In this document: positions 55,798 to 64,000 of the stretch, piece after piece | How positions within the stretch are numbered: position 1 is the first letter of the stretch | How the letters are laid out: each line of letters opens with the position of its first letter | From: a virus | Direction: 5' to 3' (one strand) | Virus record (IMG/VR): IMGVR_UViG_3300009173_000010 | Location: 1 to 64,000 of that record | Length of the DNA: 64,000 nt | Program-made: the position numbers and the translations under genes | The notes under the pieces: generated by a model | The model's database searches: none | Seen by the model: the letters and a program-made list of their open reading frames with translations, nothing else | What the model was told of the DNA's origin: nothing

Positions 55798-56476
55798 CGG
55801 ATTTAAATGTAAATTTTGTAACCGAGAATTTAAAAGTGTTAAAACTCTCGGTAACCATACCTGTGAACAAAAACGAAGGCACATGGGCCAGGATGAAAAG
55901 TATGTGCAATTAGGATTTAGAGCGTTTCAGCGTTTTCATCATTTAAATTCAACTGCGGTTAGACCAAAAGATAAACCGTTTGATGAGTTTCGCAAATCAC
56001 AATTTTATTTAGGATTTACAAAATTTGGAAAGTTTGCACAAGACGCAAATTGTTTAGATTTTGAAGTATTTGTCGATTGGCTTATTAAGCATGAAGTTAA
56101 AATGGATGATTGGGCCAAAGATGCCGCATACGAATTATATGTAAGAGATCATTCTAAAAGAGAAAGTGCAGATGTTGCAATGGAACGTAGTATTAAGTTT
56201 ATGCAAAAATGGGCAGAACAATCTGGAAAACTATGGTATTATTTTTTTAGAGAAGTAAATCCAAATTTATTTACATACTGGATTAGGACAGGGAGAATTT
56301 CACCATGGGTTGTATTTAATTGTCAAAGTGGTACGAGTATGTTAGGACAACTTAATGATGAACAAATGTCATTAGTAGCAGATGCATTAGATCCCGGAAC
56401 GTGGAGTCATAAATTTCAAAATGATCCAAACGAAGTTGAATTTGTACAAAAAGTTTTAACAGAGGCCGGCCTATGA
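55769..56476 (+). CDS. Conserved protein with N-terminal zinc finger
   Basis: CKFC...H.C motif; coupled to the DnaE-like gene. Confidence 0.7.
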   Translation: MTNVEVKRSNGFKCKFCNREFKSVKTLGNHTCEQKRRHMGQDEKYVQLGFRAFQRFHHLNSTAVRPKDKPFDEFRKSQFYLGFTKFGKFAQDANCLDFEVFVDWLIKHEVKMDDWAKDAAYELYVRDHSKRESADVAMERSIKFMQKWAEQSGKLWYYFFREVNPNLFTYWIRTGRISPWVVFNCQSGTSMLGQLNDEQMSLVADALDPGTWSHKFQNDPNEVEFVQKVLTEAGL

Positions 56477-57036
56477 AATTACCTGATATTGATGTTGATT
56501 TAAAAAATAGAGATGATGTGTTAACGGTATTAAAACATATTCCAGCAAGTATTACTGATGATAAAAAGCATAACACTGGCGTATATTTTAATAGCATACC
56601 AGTAAATCCATTGACAGGATCCTCAACTATTGATTATAAAATGGCTGAGGAGCGAGGATATTTTAAGTTAGATCTTTTGAATGTTAATCTTTATAAAGAT
56701 ATCAATGATGAGAAACATTTAGATAGTTTAATGAATAAAGAACCAATGTGGGAGTTGCTTGACCATAAAGATTTTGTTGAACAGTTATTTCATATACACG
56801 CTCATTATAAAATAGTATCTCAGTTAAAGCCACGAACAGTTGAACAATTAGCATCTGTGTTAGCAATTATAAGACCATCTAAGCGTTATTTGTTAAATGA
56901 AGAGTGGGATACAATAAACAAGGAAGTTTGGATTGCACCAATTGACGGTGGATATTATTTCAAAAAATCTCATTCGATTGCTTATGCAGTTGCGATTGTA
57001 GTACAAATGAATTTAATAGTGGAACAATGTAGTTAA
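56473..57036 (+). CDS. Miniature DnaE (DNA polymerase III alpha) catalytic-core-like protein
   Basis: PDIDVD, KHNTGVY, GYFKLDLL, LAIIRP, YYFKKSHSIAYA all within 187 aa. Confidence 0.82.
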   Translation: MKLPDIDVDLKNRDDVLTVLKHIPASITDDKKHNTGVYFNSIPVNPLTGSSTIDYKMAEERGYFKLDLLNVNLYKDINDEKHLDSLMNKEPMWELLDHKDFVEQLFHIHAHYKIVSQLKPRTVEQLASVLAIIRPSKRYLLNEEWDTINKEVWIAPIDGGYYFKKSHSIAYAVAIVVQMNLIVEQCS

Positions 57037-57413
57037 GTTTTATCTATCTTACGTACTAATTGTACTGTTCGTCTCTTAATACGTTTTCTAACTATGTTAT
57101 GCAGACTTGTAATTGGCCCAAACAAAAATTCAACATCTTTACTTATATAGTTTCGTAAGCAAAAACGAAATTGTTCCATTTCGTACGGAAGGAATAAATT
57201 TATTGGCGTAATACGATTACTTTCCCACCACCAAGTATCACCTACGTGTAAGAACTTTTTCTTAAGATCGCTATCTCCAATTAAATCAAAAGAATAGATA
57301 CTAGTAATGTGAGAATTATGATTTTGTATAATGCCGATAATTTCTTTACTGGCATATTTAATACCAGTTAAGAATGGATATTTTTCGATCAATTGTTTTA
57401 TGTCATCATTCAT
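57033..57413 (-). CDS. Conserved hypothetical protein
   Basis: 126 aa; YPFL, GIIQN, WWWESNR..PI. Confidence 0.7.
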   Translation of the reverse strand: MNDDIKQLIEKYPFLTGIKYASKEIIGIIQNHNSHITSIYSFDLIGDSDLKKKFLHVGDTWWWESNRITPINLFLPYEMEQFRFCLRNYISKDVEFLFGPITSLHNIVRKRIKRRTVQLVRKIDKT

Positions 57414-57463
57414 TGCTATTACTTATTCCGATAAATACTTTATGAGTGTTGGAGTGAAAGCAA

Positions 57464-58255
57464 ATGGCTGTTAATAATATTTACACATATAAAATAAATC
57501 ATTCTTTAACATTAACAGACGGAGGATTAAGCGGAACTATGTACAATGACGTAATAAAAGTACACAAAGGAATTGATGATAAAATATCATTTCAAGTGTT
57601 TGATGAAAATCGCAGGCCCGCTAATATTTCTTTGTTAACGTTATATTTAAATGTTATGAATGCAAATACTGGCGACTTAGCAGTACAAAAAGTGCCAACG
57701 ATTACCGATGGATCCAATGGAAAATTTGATGTACTTTTTTCATGGACAGATACAGTTAATTTAGATCAAGGATTTTATGAATTCAGTGTAACGTCAACAG
57801 ATTTAAATGATGAACAAAACGTTATGTATGTTGATACATCTCAAAATGCTATAGGTGCGATTGAACTTATTGAGGGAGTTATACCAACACCTTCGGCTAG
57901 TGCAATAGTAACAACGTTTGTTTTAAATGGTACACGATATGAAAGTGCCGGAATTGATGTTAGTCCAACAAAAAATTATCAAACTAATTTACATACTTGT
58001 GCCCTTTATGCTACAACTTGGGCAGGAAGTTTTTGGGTTGAAGGCAGTCTCGATCTAGACGCCCCAACGAATTGGTTTATAGTGGATTTATATCCTAACA
58101 ATGCTACAGCAGACCATTTAACGTTTTCAACATCATCGCCATTAACTGGAATTGATGCTAGTAACTTTAGATTATCATGTAATTGGCTTAGGTTTGTTTA
58201 TGAACATGATGCTGGTAATACTGGCACAATAGATAAGGTATTACATAGAAGTTAA
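57464..58255 (+). CDS. Probable virion structural (baseplate BppU-like) protein
   Basis: Late promoter, beta-rich, Thr/Asn-rich. Confidence 0.5.
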   Translation: MAVNNIYTYKINHSLTLTDGGLSGTMYNDVIKVHKGIDDKISFQVFDENRRPANISLLTLYLNVMNANTGDLAVQKVPTITDGSNGKFDVLFSWTDTVNLDQGFYEFSVTSTDLNDEQNVMYVDTSQNAIGAIELIEGVIPTPSASAIVTTFVLNGTRYESAGIDVSPTKNYQTNLHTCALYATTWAGSFWVEGSLDLDAPTNWFIVDLYPNNATADHLTFSTSSPLTGIDASNFRLSCNWLRFVYEHDAGNTGTIDKVLHRS

Positions 58256-58258
58256 ACA

Positions 58259-58831
58259 ATGATACAGAACTTTTACAAGGACCCTGATATAGAATTTGAT
58301 ATTGGGAAACTTCAGAAAGACTTACAACTCATCGATGATAGAGTGGCACGGCAATCTCCTCTCATCGAATGTGATATTAATGCAATTTGTTTAACTCAAA
58401 TTCCTGGTGACCCGAATTCAATTACTGGTGGTAATGTAAGAGGACTATTTTGGACCAAGCCTGATAGTACAGGCGTCGAAGTTCAACGTGAAGAAGTAAT
58501 TGATGAATCACAATATACTGAATTTGTTAAATTATTTGAAGATACTTATTATAAAGAAGTCTACGATACATTATTAACCAAATATAAATTAGGTAGAGTT
58601 AGGTTACTTTGGAAGTTACCTCGTACTACATTAAGTTGGCATCGAGATCCGGAAAAGAGATTGCACATTCCTATTATAACTAACCCTGGTGCATTAATGG
58701 TTATTGATAATGAGGTAATGCATATGCCAGCAGATGGTAAAGTATGGATTACTGATAATACAAAGTACCATAATGCGTTTAATGGCGGCGAAGTGGATCG
58801 TGTTCATTTGGTAGCCACAGTAATTGGTTGA
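58259..58831 (+). CDS. Asp/Asn beta-hydroxylase-like 2OG-Fe(II) oxygenase
   Basis: WHRD...RLHIPIITNP...HNAFNGG..RVHLV. Confidence 0.8.
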   Translation: MIQNFYKDPDIEFDIGKLQKDLQLIDDRVARQSPLIECDINAICLTQIPGDPNSITGGNVRGLFWTKPDSTGVEVQREEVIDESQYTEFVKLFEDTYYKEVYDTLLTKYKLGRVRLLWKLPRTTLSWHRDPEKRLHIPIITNPGALMVIDNEVMHMPADGKVWITDNTKYHNAFNGGEVDRVHLVATVIG

Positions 58832-58863
58832 CAAATTGCACTTTTTCTTATACTATAATATAG

Positions 58864-59856
58864 ATGTTTGCTGACAATTTAAGATCAACAATTCTAACAA
58901 GAATTCCTGGTAAGAAAGCAAGTCCTGGCGGCTGGATGTCGTTGAATTGCCCTATGTGTACTGCAATGGGTGAAACTCGTCCTGACATACGTAAACGAGG
59001 CGGTTTTAACATGACTGCTGATAATTCAATTGTGTTTAACTGTTTTAATTGTGGATTTAAAACAGGCTGGAAACCTGGAGGTATTTTAGGTAGTAAGTTT
59101 GTTGAATTGTTAAAAGGGTTGGGCATAACGGATACTACAGTAAACAAATTAAAAATTCAAAGTTATAATGAACGAGAAATTAATCCAATATTTAATACAA
59201 AAATTGAAGAGATAAAATTAGATTGGGAAGAAAAAGCATTACCAAAAGATGCAAAACCAATAGATGAGAATACACCAGAGTATATTTTAGAATATTTGCA
59301 ATCTAGAGGAGAAGGAGTATATAGTAGTTGGAATTATTATTGGACACCTAATACCTATATGAATTTAAATGAACGTATAATTATACCATGCTATTTTAAG
59401 AAAAAAGTTGTTGGCTGGATTACAAGACATGTATATCCAAATAAAACTGATAGACCAAAATATTATGTTCAAACACAAAAAAATTATATGTTTAATTTAG
59501 ATCAATTATATACAACAGAACGCAAGTATGCTATACTAGTTGAAGGACCATTTGATGCTATCGGTATCGATGGAATTGGTTTACTCGGCTCAAAAATAAA
59601 TCAAGTACAAGCAGATTACTTAAATACATTTAATAGAAAATTTATTTTAGTTCCGGACAGGGACAAAACAGGTGAACGATTAATTGAGGAAGCACTTCGT
59701 TATAATTGGGGAGTTAGTTTTCCACAATGGGATGATGAAATAAAAGATGTTGCCGATGCAGTTAAGAAATATGGAAGAATTTTTACATTAAAGAGTATAT
59801 TAGAGTCAGTTGAGAATAATCCAACAAAGATTGGGATTAAGAAAAGGATAGCATAA
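58864..59856 (+). CDS. DNA primase (gp61-like)
   Basis: CPMC/CFNC zinc finger; TOPRIM VEGPFDA, PDRD, KDVADA. Confidence 0.88.
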   Translation: MFADNLRSTILTRIPGKKASPGGWMSLNCPMCTAMGETRPDIRKRGGFNMTADNSIVFNCFNCGFKTGWKPGGILGSKFVELLKGLGITDTTVNKLKIQSYNEREINPIFNTKIEEIKLDWEEKALPKDAKPIDENTPEYILEYLQSRGEGVYSSWNYYWTPNTYMNLNERIIIPCYFKKKVVGWITRHVYPNKTDRPKYYVQTQKNYMFNLDQLYTTERKYAILVEGPFDAIGIDGIGLLGSKINQVQADYLNTFNRKFILVPDRDKTGERLIEEALRYNWGVSFPQWDDEIKDVADAVKKYGRIFTLKSILESVENNPTKIGIKKRIA

Positions 59857-60218
59857 TGGGACATATAGGAGATTTGTTTAAAAGAGTAGATGAGTTACAA
59901 AAAGAAATTGATGTTATGAAAGAAGAAAATCAAAATTTAAAAGATTTAATTAAAGATAAAACTGGTGTAGATGTTAATGCAACAAGTGATGAGAAGACTG
60001 ATAATATTGACGGCGTTCCAGTTCCAAAGCCTGTTGTAACAACTAAACCTAATTGCCCAGTTAATTTGAATTATAATCAAGGATTAATTGCTGGAAGAAT
60101 TATGCAACATTTGCGACGGAAAGCATTGAGTGTAACACAGTTATTCAATTTGATAGAAGATAAATTAATAAAAGATCCAAAATTTATATTAGATATAAGG
60201 CGACAGAAGAAAAATTAA
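59856..60218 (+). CDS. Hypothetical protein
   Basis: TAATG overlaps on both sides. Confidence 0.65.
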   Translation: MGHIGDLFKRVDELQKEIDVMKEENQNLKDLIKDKTGVDVNATSDEKTDNIDGVPVPKPVVTTKPNCPVNLNYNQGLIAGRIMQHLRRKALSVTQLFNLIEDKLIKDPKFILDIRRQKKN

Positions 60219-61600
60219 TGGTAAAAGAATTTAAAGAAGATCTCCAAAAACTCTTTTTGGGGTTTTTAATTAGTGATAAAGAGTTATATGTTAGAGTGCA
60301 ATCATTAGTTGTACCTACATATTTTAATAATAAATTAAGACCAACGGTTGAATTTATTAATAAACATGCTGATGAATATAACAGTATGCCTACTATTGAT
60401 CAGATTAAAGCAAAAACAGAAATAGGATTAGAATTAGATGCTGAGGTTACAGCAAGGCATAAAGAATGGTTTTTAGATGAGTTTCAAGATTTTGCAAAGT
60501 TTAAAGCACTTGAGCAAGCAATTTTAGCAAGTGCTGATGATATTGAAAAGGGAGAATATTTCTCTGTAGAAAAACGTGTTAAGGAAGCAAGTAGCGTAGG
60601 GTTGGCAAAGAATTTAGGTACAGATTATTTTGCAAATCCAAAAGAAAGATTACAGAAGTTAAAAGATAATAATGGGCAAGTAAGTACAGGATGGACATCA
60701 ATTGATAAAAAATTATTTGGTGGATTTAATAAAGGTGAGTTAAGTATTTTTGCTGGCACATCTGGTGCAGGCAAAAGTTTATTTTTGCAAAATCTTGCAT
60801 TGAATTGGGTGCAAGCAGGTTTAAATGTTGTTTATATTACACTTGAACTTAGTGAAGAATTGGTTGCAATGCGTATTGATAGTATGGCAACTGGGTTAAG
60901 CAGTAGAAGTTTATTTAAAAGTTTAGATGATGTTGATTTAAAAGTCCGAATGATGAAAAAGTCCTCAGGTAATTTACAACTTGTATATTTGCCAAGTGGT
61001 GTTAATACTGGGCAAATTAAAGCATTCCTCAAAGAATTAGAAATACAACACGGTAAGCAAGCACAAGCAATATTAATAGATTATTTAGATCTAATGATGC
61101 CAAATGATAAACGAGTAAGTCCAAGTGATTTGTTTGTTAAAGACAAATATGTTGCAGAAGAATTACGTAATTTAGCAGTAGACCTTGATACATTATTAAT
61201 AACAGCGTCTCAGTTAAACAGAACAGCAGTTGAGGAAATTGAATTTGATCATAGTCATATTGCTGGCGGACTAAGTAAAGTACAAACAGCAGATAATGTT
61301 ATTGGTATTTTCACAAGTGCGCCAATGCGTGAACGAGGGCGTTATCAAGTACAGTTTATGAAAACACGTAGTAGCAGTGGTGTAGGGCAACGAGTTGATC
61401 TGGGATTTAATTTAGAAAGTTTGCGTATTGAAGATTTGTCTGATGAAGACCAGGAAGATGATAATACAACTCCGATATATAAAAATGTATTACGTACAAG
61501 TAATGTTACTGATGATAAAGAAGTAAATGGTAAAACTGTTGAAACAAAATCAGCAGATATTCGTAAAATGATATCTAATATGAATAAGCTCAATAAGTAA
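60218..61600 (+). CDS. DnaB-like replicative helicase (gp41-like)
   Basis: STGW, GTSGAGKS, TLELSE, IDYLDLM, TASQLNR, KTR. Confidence 0.93.
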   Translation: MVKEFKEDLQKLFLGFLISDKELYVRVQSLVVPTYFNNKLRPTVEFINKHADEYNSMPTIDQIKAKTEIGLELDAEVTARHKEWFLDEFQDFAKFKALEQAILASADDIEKGEYFSVEKRVKEASSVGLAKNLGTDYFANPKERLQKLKDNNGQVSTGWTSIDKKLFGGFNKGELSIFAGTSGAGKSLFLQNLALNWVQAGLNVVYITLELSEELVAMRIDSMATGLSSRSLFKSLDDVDLKVRMMKKSSGNLQLVYLPSGVNTGQIKAFLKELEIQHGKQAQAILIDYLDLMMPNDKRVSPSDLFVKDKYVAEELRNLAVDLDTLLITASQLNRTAVEEIEFDHSHIAGGLSKVQTADNVIGIFTSAPMRERGRYQVQFMKTRSSSGVGQRVDLGFNLESLRIEDLSDEDQEDDNTTPIYKNVLRTSNVTDDKEVNGKTVETKSADIRKMISNMNKLNK

Positions 61601-61635
61601 CTCAGCATAAATATATATAATCAGGAATTGTTAAA

Positions 61636-61878
61636 ATGAAAATAAAAAGTATTTTAAATGAAATAGATAGTATTTTACCGCAGAAAAACAAGGCATTGAT
61701 AGTCGAAAGCCGCGCAAGCCACGTTATTACTTCTGCATCAAATATTATGAATATGATTTCTGAGAATTATGATACTGATACAGCAGAAAAATTACAAAAA
61801 AAGTTTTTAAATGCAATCCGCACAGGCAATGTAGATAAATTTAGTAATGCTTTAAAAAGGATTAATAATGAAGGTTAA
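61636..61878 (+). CDS. Small late protein
   Basis: TAAATA upstream; MKIKSILNE. Confidence 0.65.
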   Translation: MKIKSILNEIDSILPQKNKALIVESRASHVITSASNIMNMISENYDTDTAEKLQKKFLNAIRTGNVDKFSNALKRINNEG

Positions 61879-63259
61879 TGAACTTATACTTAATATTAAA
61901 CAAAAACGTAAGTTCCGTGGACCTCGAATCCCTCGTAAAAAAGGTATAGAATTCCATAAACTTGCAAAAGTACGCAGGGCTATTAAAGATGATATGGAAA
62001 TGGCCGGCATTACCGAAGCAGAAGCGGAAGGTAAAAATCTTCATTTAACTCATTTTGAAGATAGTTTAATACATGGTGGTTATAAAGGTGCCGAAGATGC
62101 ATTAAATATTGCCGCAGGCCTACTAGATATGCTCGAAGGTAGTGCCACCGAAAGCGTAAACATTACAACTAAGTGGGATGGAGCACCTGCTATATTTGCA
62201 GGTATTAATCCTGAGACTGGTAAGTTTGTAATGGGCGACAAAGGATTGTTTGCTAAAACTCCTCGCATAATGGACACACCAGATGCTATTGACCAAAACA
62301 AAGCAGACAGAACAAATAAAGGCGAAGCAGTTGATTTAAGTGGGTTGCGTAGTAAATTAAAAGAAGTATTAGAGCATCTACCTAAAGTTTTTCCGCCTGA
62401 TTATCGAGGTATTTTACAAGGCGATTTATTGTTTACATCTGATATTAAACAGGTAAAAGAGATTGATGGAGAAAAATATCTTACATTTACTCCAAATAGT
62501 TTAACTTATGCTGTTCCGGTTGGCAGTGATATAGCAAACCAAATTGAGCAAGCAACAATTGGTATTGTTTTTCATACAAAGTATGATGGTGATACTATTC
62601 CTACAATGAAAGCAAGTTTTGGCGCAAGCGTTGATGATTTAAAACCAAGTTCAGATGTTTGGTTCCAAGATGCTAAAATACATGACGTAAGTGGGCAAGT
62701 AACATTAACAAAAGAAGAAACTAATAAGATTAGTTCAGCAATTAATACCGCGCATAAAAGTCTTCTCGGAGCCGGCCAGAAAGTTTTTCAGTTTCTTGAG
62801 AGCGAAGAAATGGGTAAAGATTTTAAGAAATCTTTAGAGTCAACAATTAATGCTAGTATTAAATCTGATGGTACTATCCCTGAAAATCCTTTAGCATTTG
62901 CATCAAGTCATGTTGCTCGTTTTGAAGATAAGTATGAAAAAATAATTTCTGGTTCAAAAAGACAAGATACTGTTGATAGGAAAACAGAAGAACTTCAAAA
63001 AGGCCTAGACTTTTTTGAAGCAAATAAAGAAAACTTTACACAATTATATCATGTATGGTTATCGTTGTTTGCTGTAAAATCCATGTTTGCAGAAAAAATG
63101 AGCAAAATTAAAGCAATGGATACATTTAAAATTATGCCAGATGGCTCTATCGAAGTACGAGACCCAGAGGGTTTTGTAGCAGTTGACCATATTGGTAATG
63201 CTGTAAAGATTGTTGATCGTTTAGTCTTTAGTGCTGAAAATTTTCAAAAGTCGTTTTAG
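61868..63259 (+). CDS. DUF6267-like protein with ligase/nucleotidyltransferase-like motifs
   Basis: HLTHFED, TKWDGAPA, QGDLLF, PEGFV, VKIVDRL. Confidence 0.65.
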   Translation: MKVNELILNIKQKRKFRGPRIPRKKGIEFHKLAKVRRAIKDDMEMAGITEAEAEGKNLHLTHFEDSLIHGGYKGAEDALNIAAGLLDMLEGSATESVNITTKWDGAPAIFAGINPETGKFVMGDKGLFAKTPRIMDTPDAIDQNKADRTNKGEAVDLSGLRSKLKEVLEHLPKVFPPDYRGILQGDLLFTSDIKQVKEIDGEKYLTFTPNSLTYAVPVGSDIANQIEQATIGIVFHTKYDGDTIPTMKASFGASVDDLKPSSDVWFQDAKIHDVSGQVTLTKEETNKISSAINTAHKSLLGAGQKVFQFLESEEMGKDFKKSLESTINASIKSDGTIPENPLAFASSHVARFEDKYEKIISGSKRQDTVDRKTEELQKGLDFFEANKENFTQLYHVWLSLFAVKSMFAEKMSKIKAMDTFKIMPDGSIEVRDPEGFVAVDHIGNAVKIVDRLVFSAENFQKSF

Positions 63260-63290
63260 AATCGAAAACGCCAATCAGATAAATACTATT

Positions 63291-64000
63291 ATGGAATTAG
63301 AATTTATCAATGAACTCTGTGAAAGCAGATTAGTAAGGCAAAAAAAGCAGATAAAGAAATTTACTGCTAAAGATGCCGCTGATCTAGTTTTCCTTTATGC
63401 CTGTACTATAACAATTCTTAAAAATGAATTCAAATATGCTCCAACGGGTATGGCTTATGCACATAAGACTCGTATGTATTCTAACTGGAATGTATTCCGT
63501 ACCAACGGTACAGATATGTATGTTTTGTTATGCGGTCTAGTCGGTACAGATGATACAAATACATTAATGGCAGACCAAGAAGCCAGCCAAATTTTTCGTA
63601 ATTCATTGAATGTTAACCAACCTCAGTTGAAACAATGGTTAGCATATTCTGCTAAAGGAAAAGTTAATGCCCAAGTTGATGGTCAATTTCTATTTAGATT
63701 TGAGAAACAATTGCGTGTAGATAATGCACAATATAAAGCGATTCGTAGATTAGCATCAGATTGGTCTAACTTAAAGCATGGACAAAAAACATTAATTATT
63801 ACGCGATGTATGCAAGCCTTTCGTATACGTGCCCGTAGATCGGAATTATATCCAGTCTTAATGAAATTATCTAAAGAGAAGAAATTTATTCCAGTTAATA
63901 AGAAAGGTAAAGTCGTTGCCCCACGTGATATGGAATTAGCACAACCAGCCGGAACAAAAGGCGGTATGAGTACACGGTCTAAGATTGCTATTGGTATAGG
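63291..64000 (+). CDS. Late (virion) protein, 3'-truncated by window edge
   Basis: TAAATA-N5-ATG; MELEFINELCESRL...; frame appears open to the window end. Confidence 0.65.
   Translation, partial: MELEFINELCESRLVRQKKQIKKFTAKDAADLVFLYACTITILKNEFKYAPTGMAYAHKTRMYSNWNVFRTNGTDMYVLLCGLVGTDDTNTLMADQEASQIFRNSLNVNQPQLKQWLAYSAKGKVNAQVDGQFLFRFEKQLRVDNAQYKAIRRLASDWSNLKHGQKTLIITRCMQAFRIRARRSELYPVLMKLSKEKKFIPVNKKGKVVAPRDMELAQPAGTKGGMSTRSKIAIGI

Noticed and set aside
1-64000. Genome-wide stop-codon reassignment
   Set aside because: TAA, TAG and TGA all end conserved genes at plausible positions, and coding density is high with the standard code

Overview
This 64 kb window comes from a large AT-rich T4-superfamily (jumbo-type) myophage. 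Host-derived usg, zf-CHCC and fused IOR genes point to an alphaproteobacterial host, which is an inference. It carries the head module (gp21/22/23), three repeat-rich fibre-like proteins, neck/tail genes (gp13/14/15/18/19, gp4), terminase, and a cluster of probable internal head proteins. Replication/recombination genes include gp32, UvsX/Y/W, primase, helicase and a 187-aa DnaE-like protein. Transcription signals are sigma70-like early promoters and TAAATA late promoters, several of which appear to give leaderless mRNAs. The most unusual locus is 47.6-50.0 kb. A class IIb aminoacyl-tRNA-synthetase catalytic core with no anticodon-binding domain is followed 9 nt later by a chimeric tRNA: Leu-type body with a long variable arm, Asn-type U1-A72/G73 and GUU anticodon, and non-canonical G33/U37. 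A CCA-adding enzyme lies convergent to both. Other notable items are a late-promoter IOR-VOC-FAH metabolic cassette, an in-frame TGA at codon 5 of neck gene gp14, and two candidate structured RNAs (8.24-8.42 kb and 46.44-46.62 kb). All family calls come from motif recognition by eye, not database searches.
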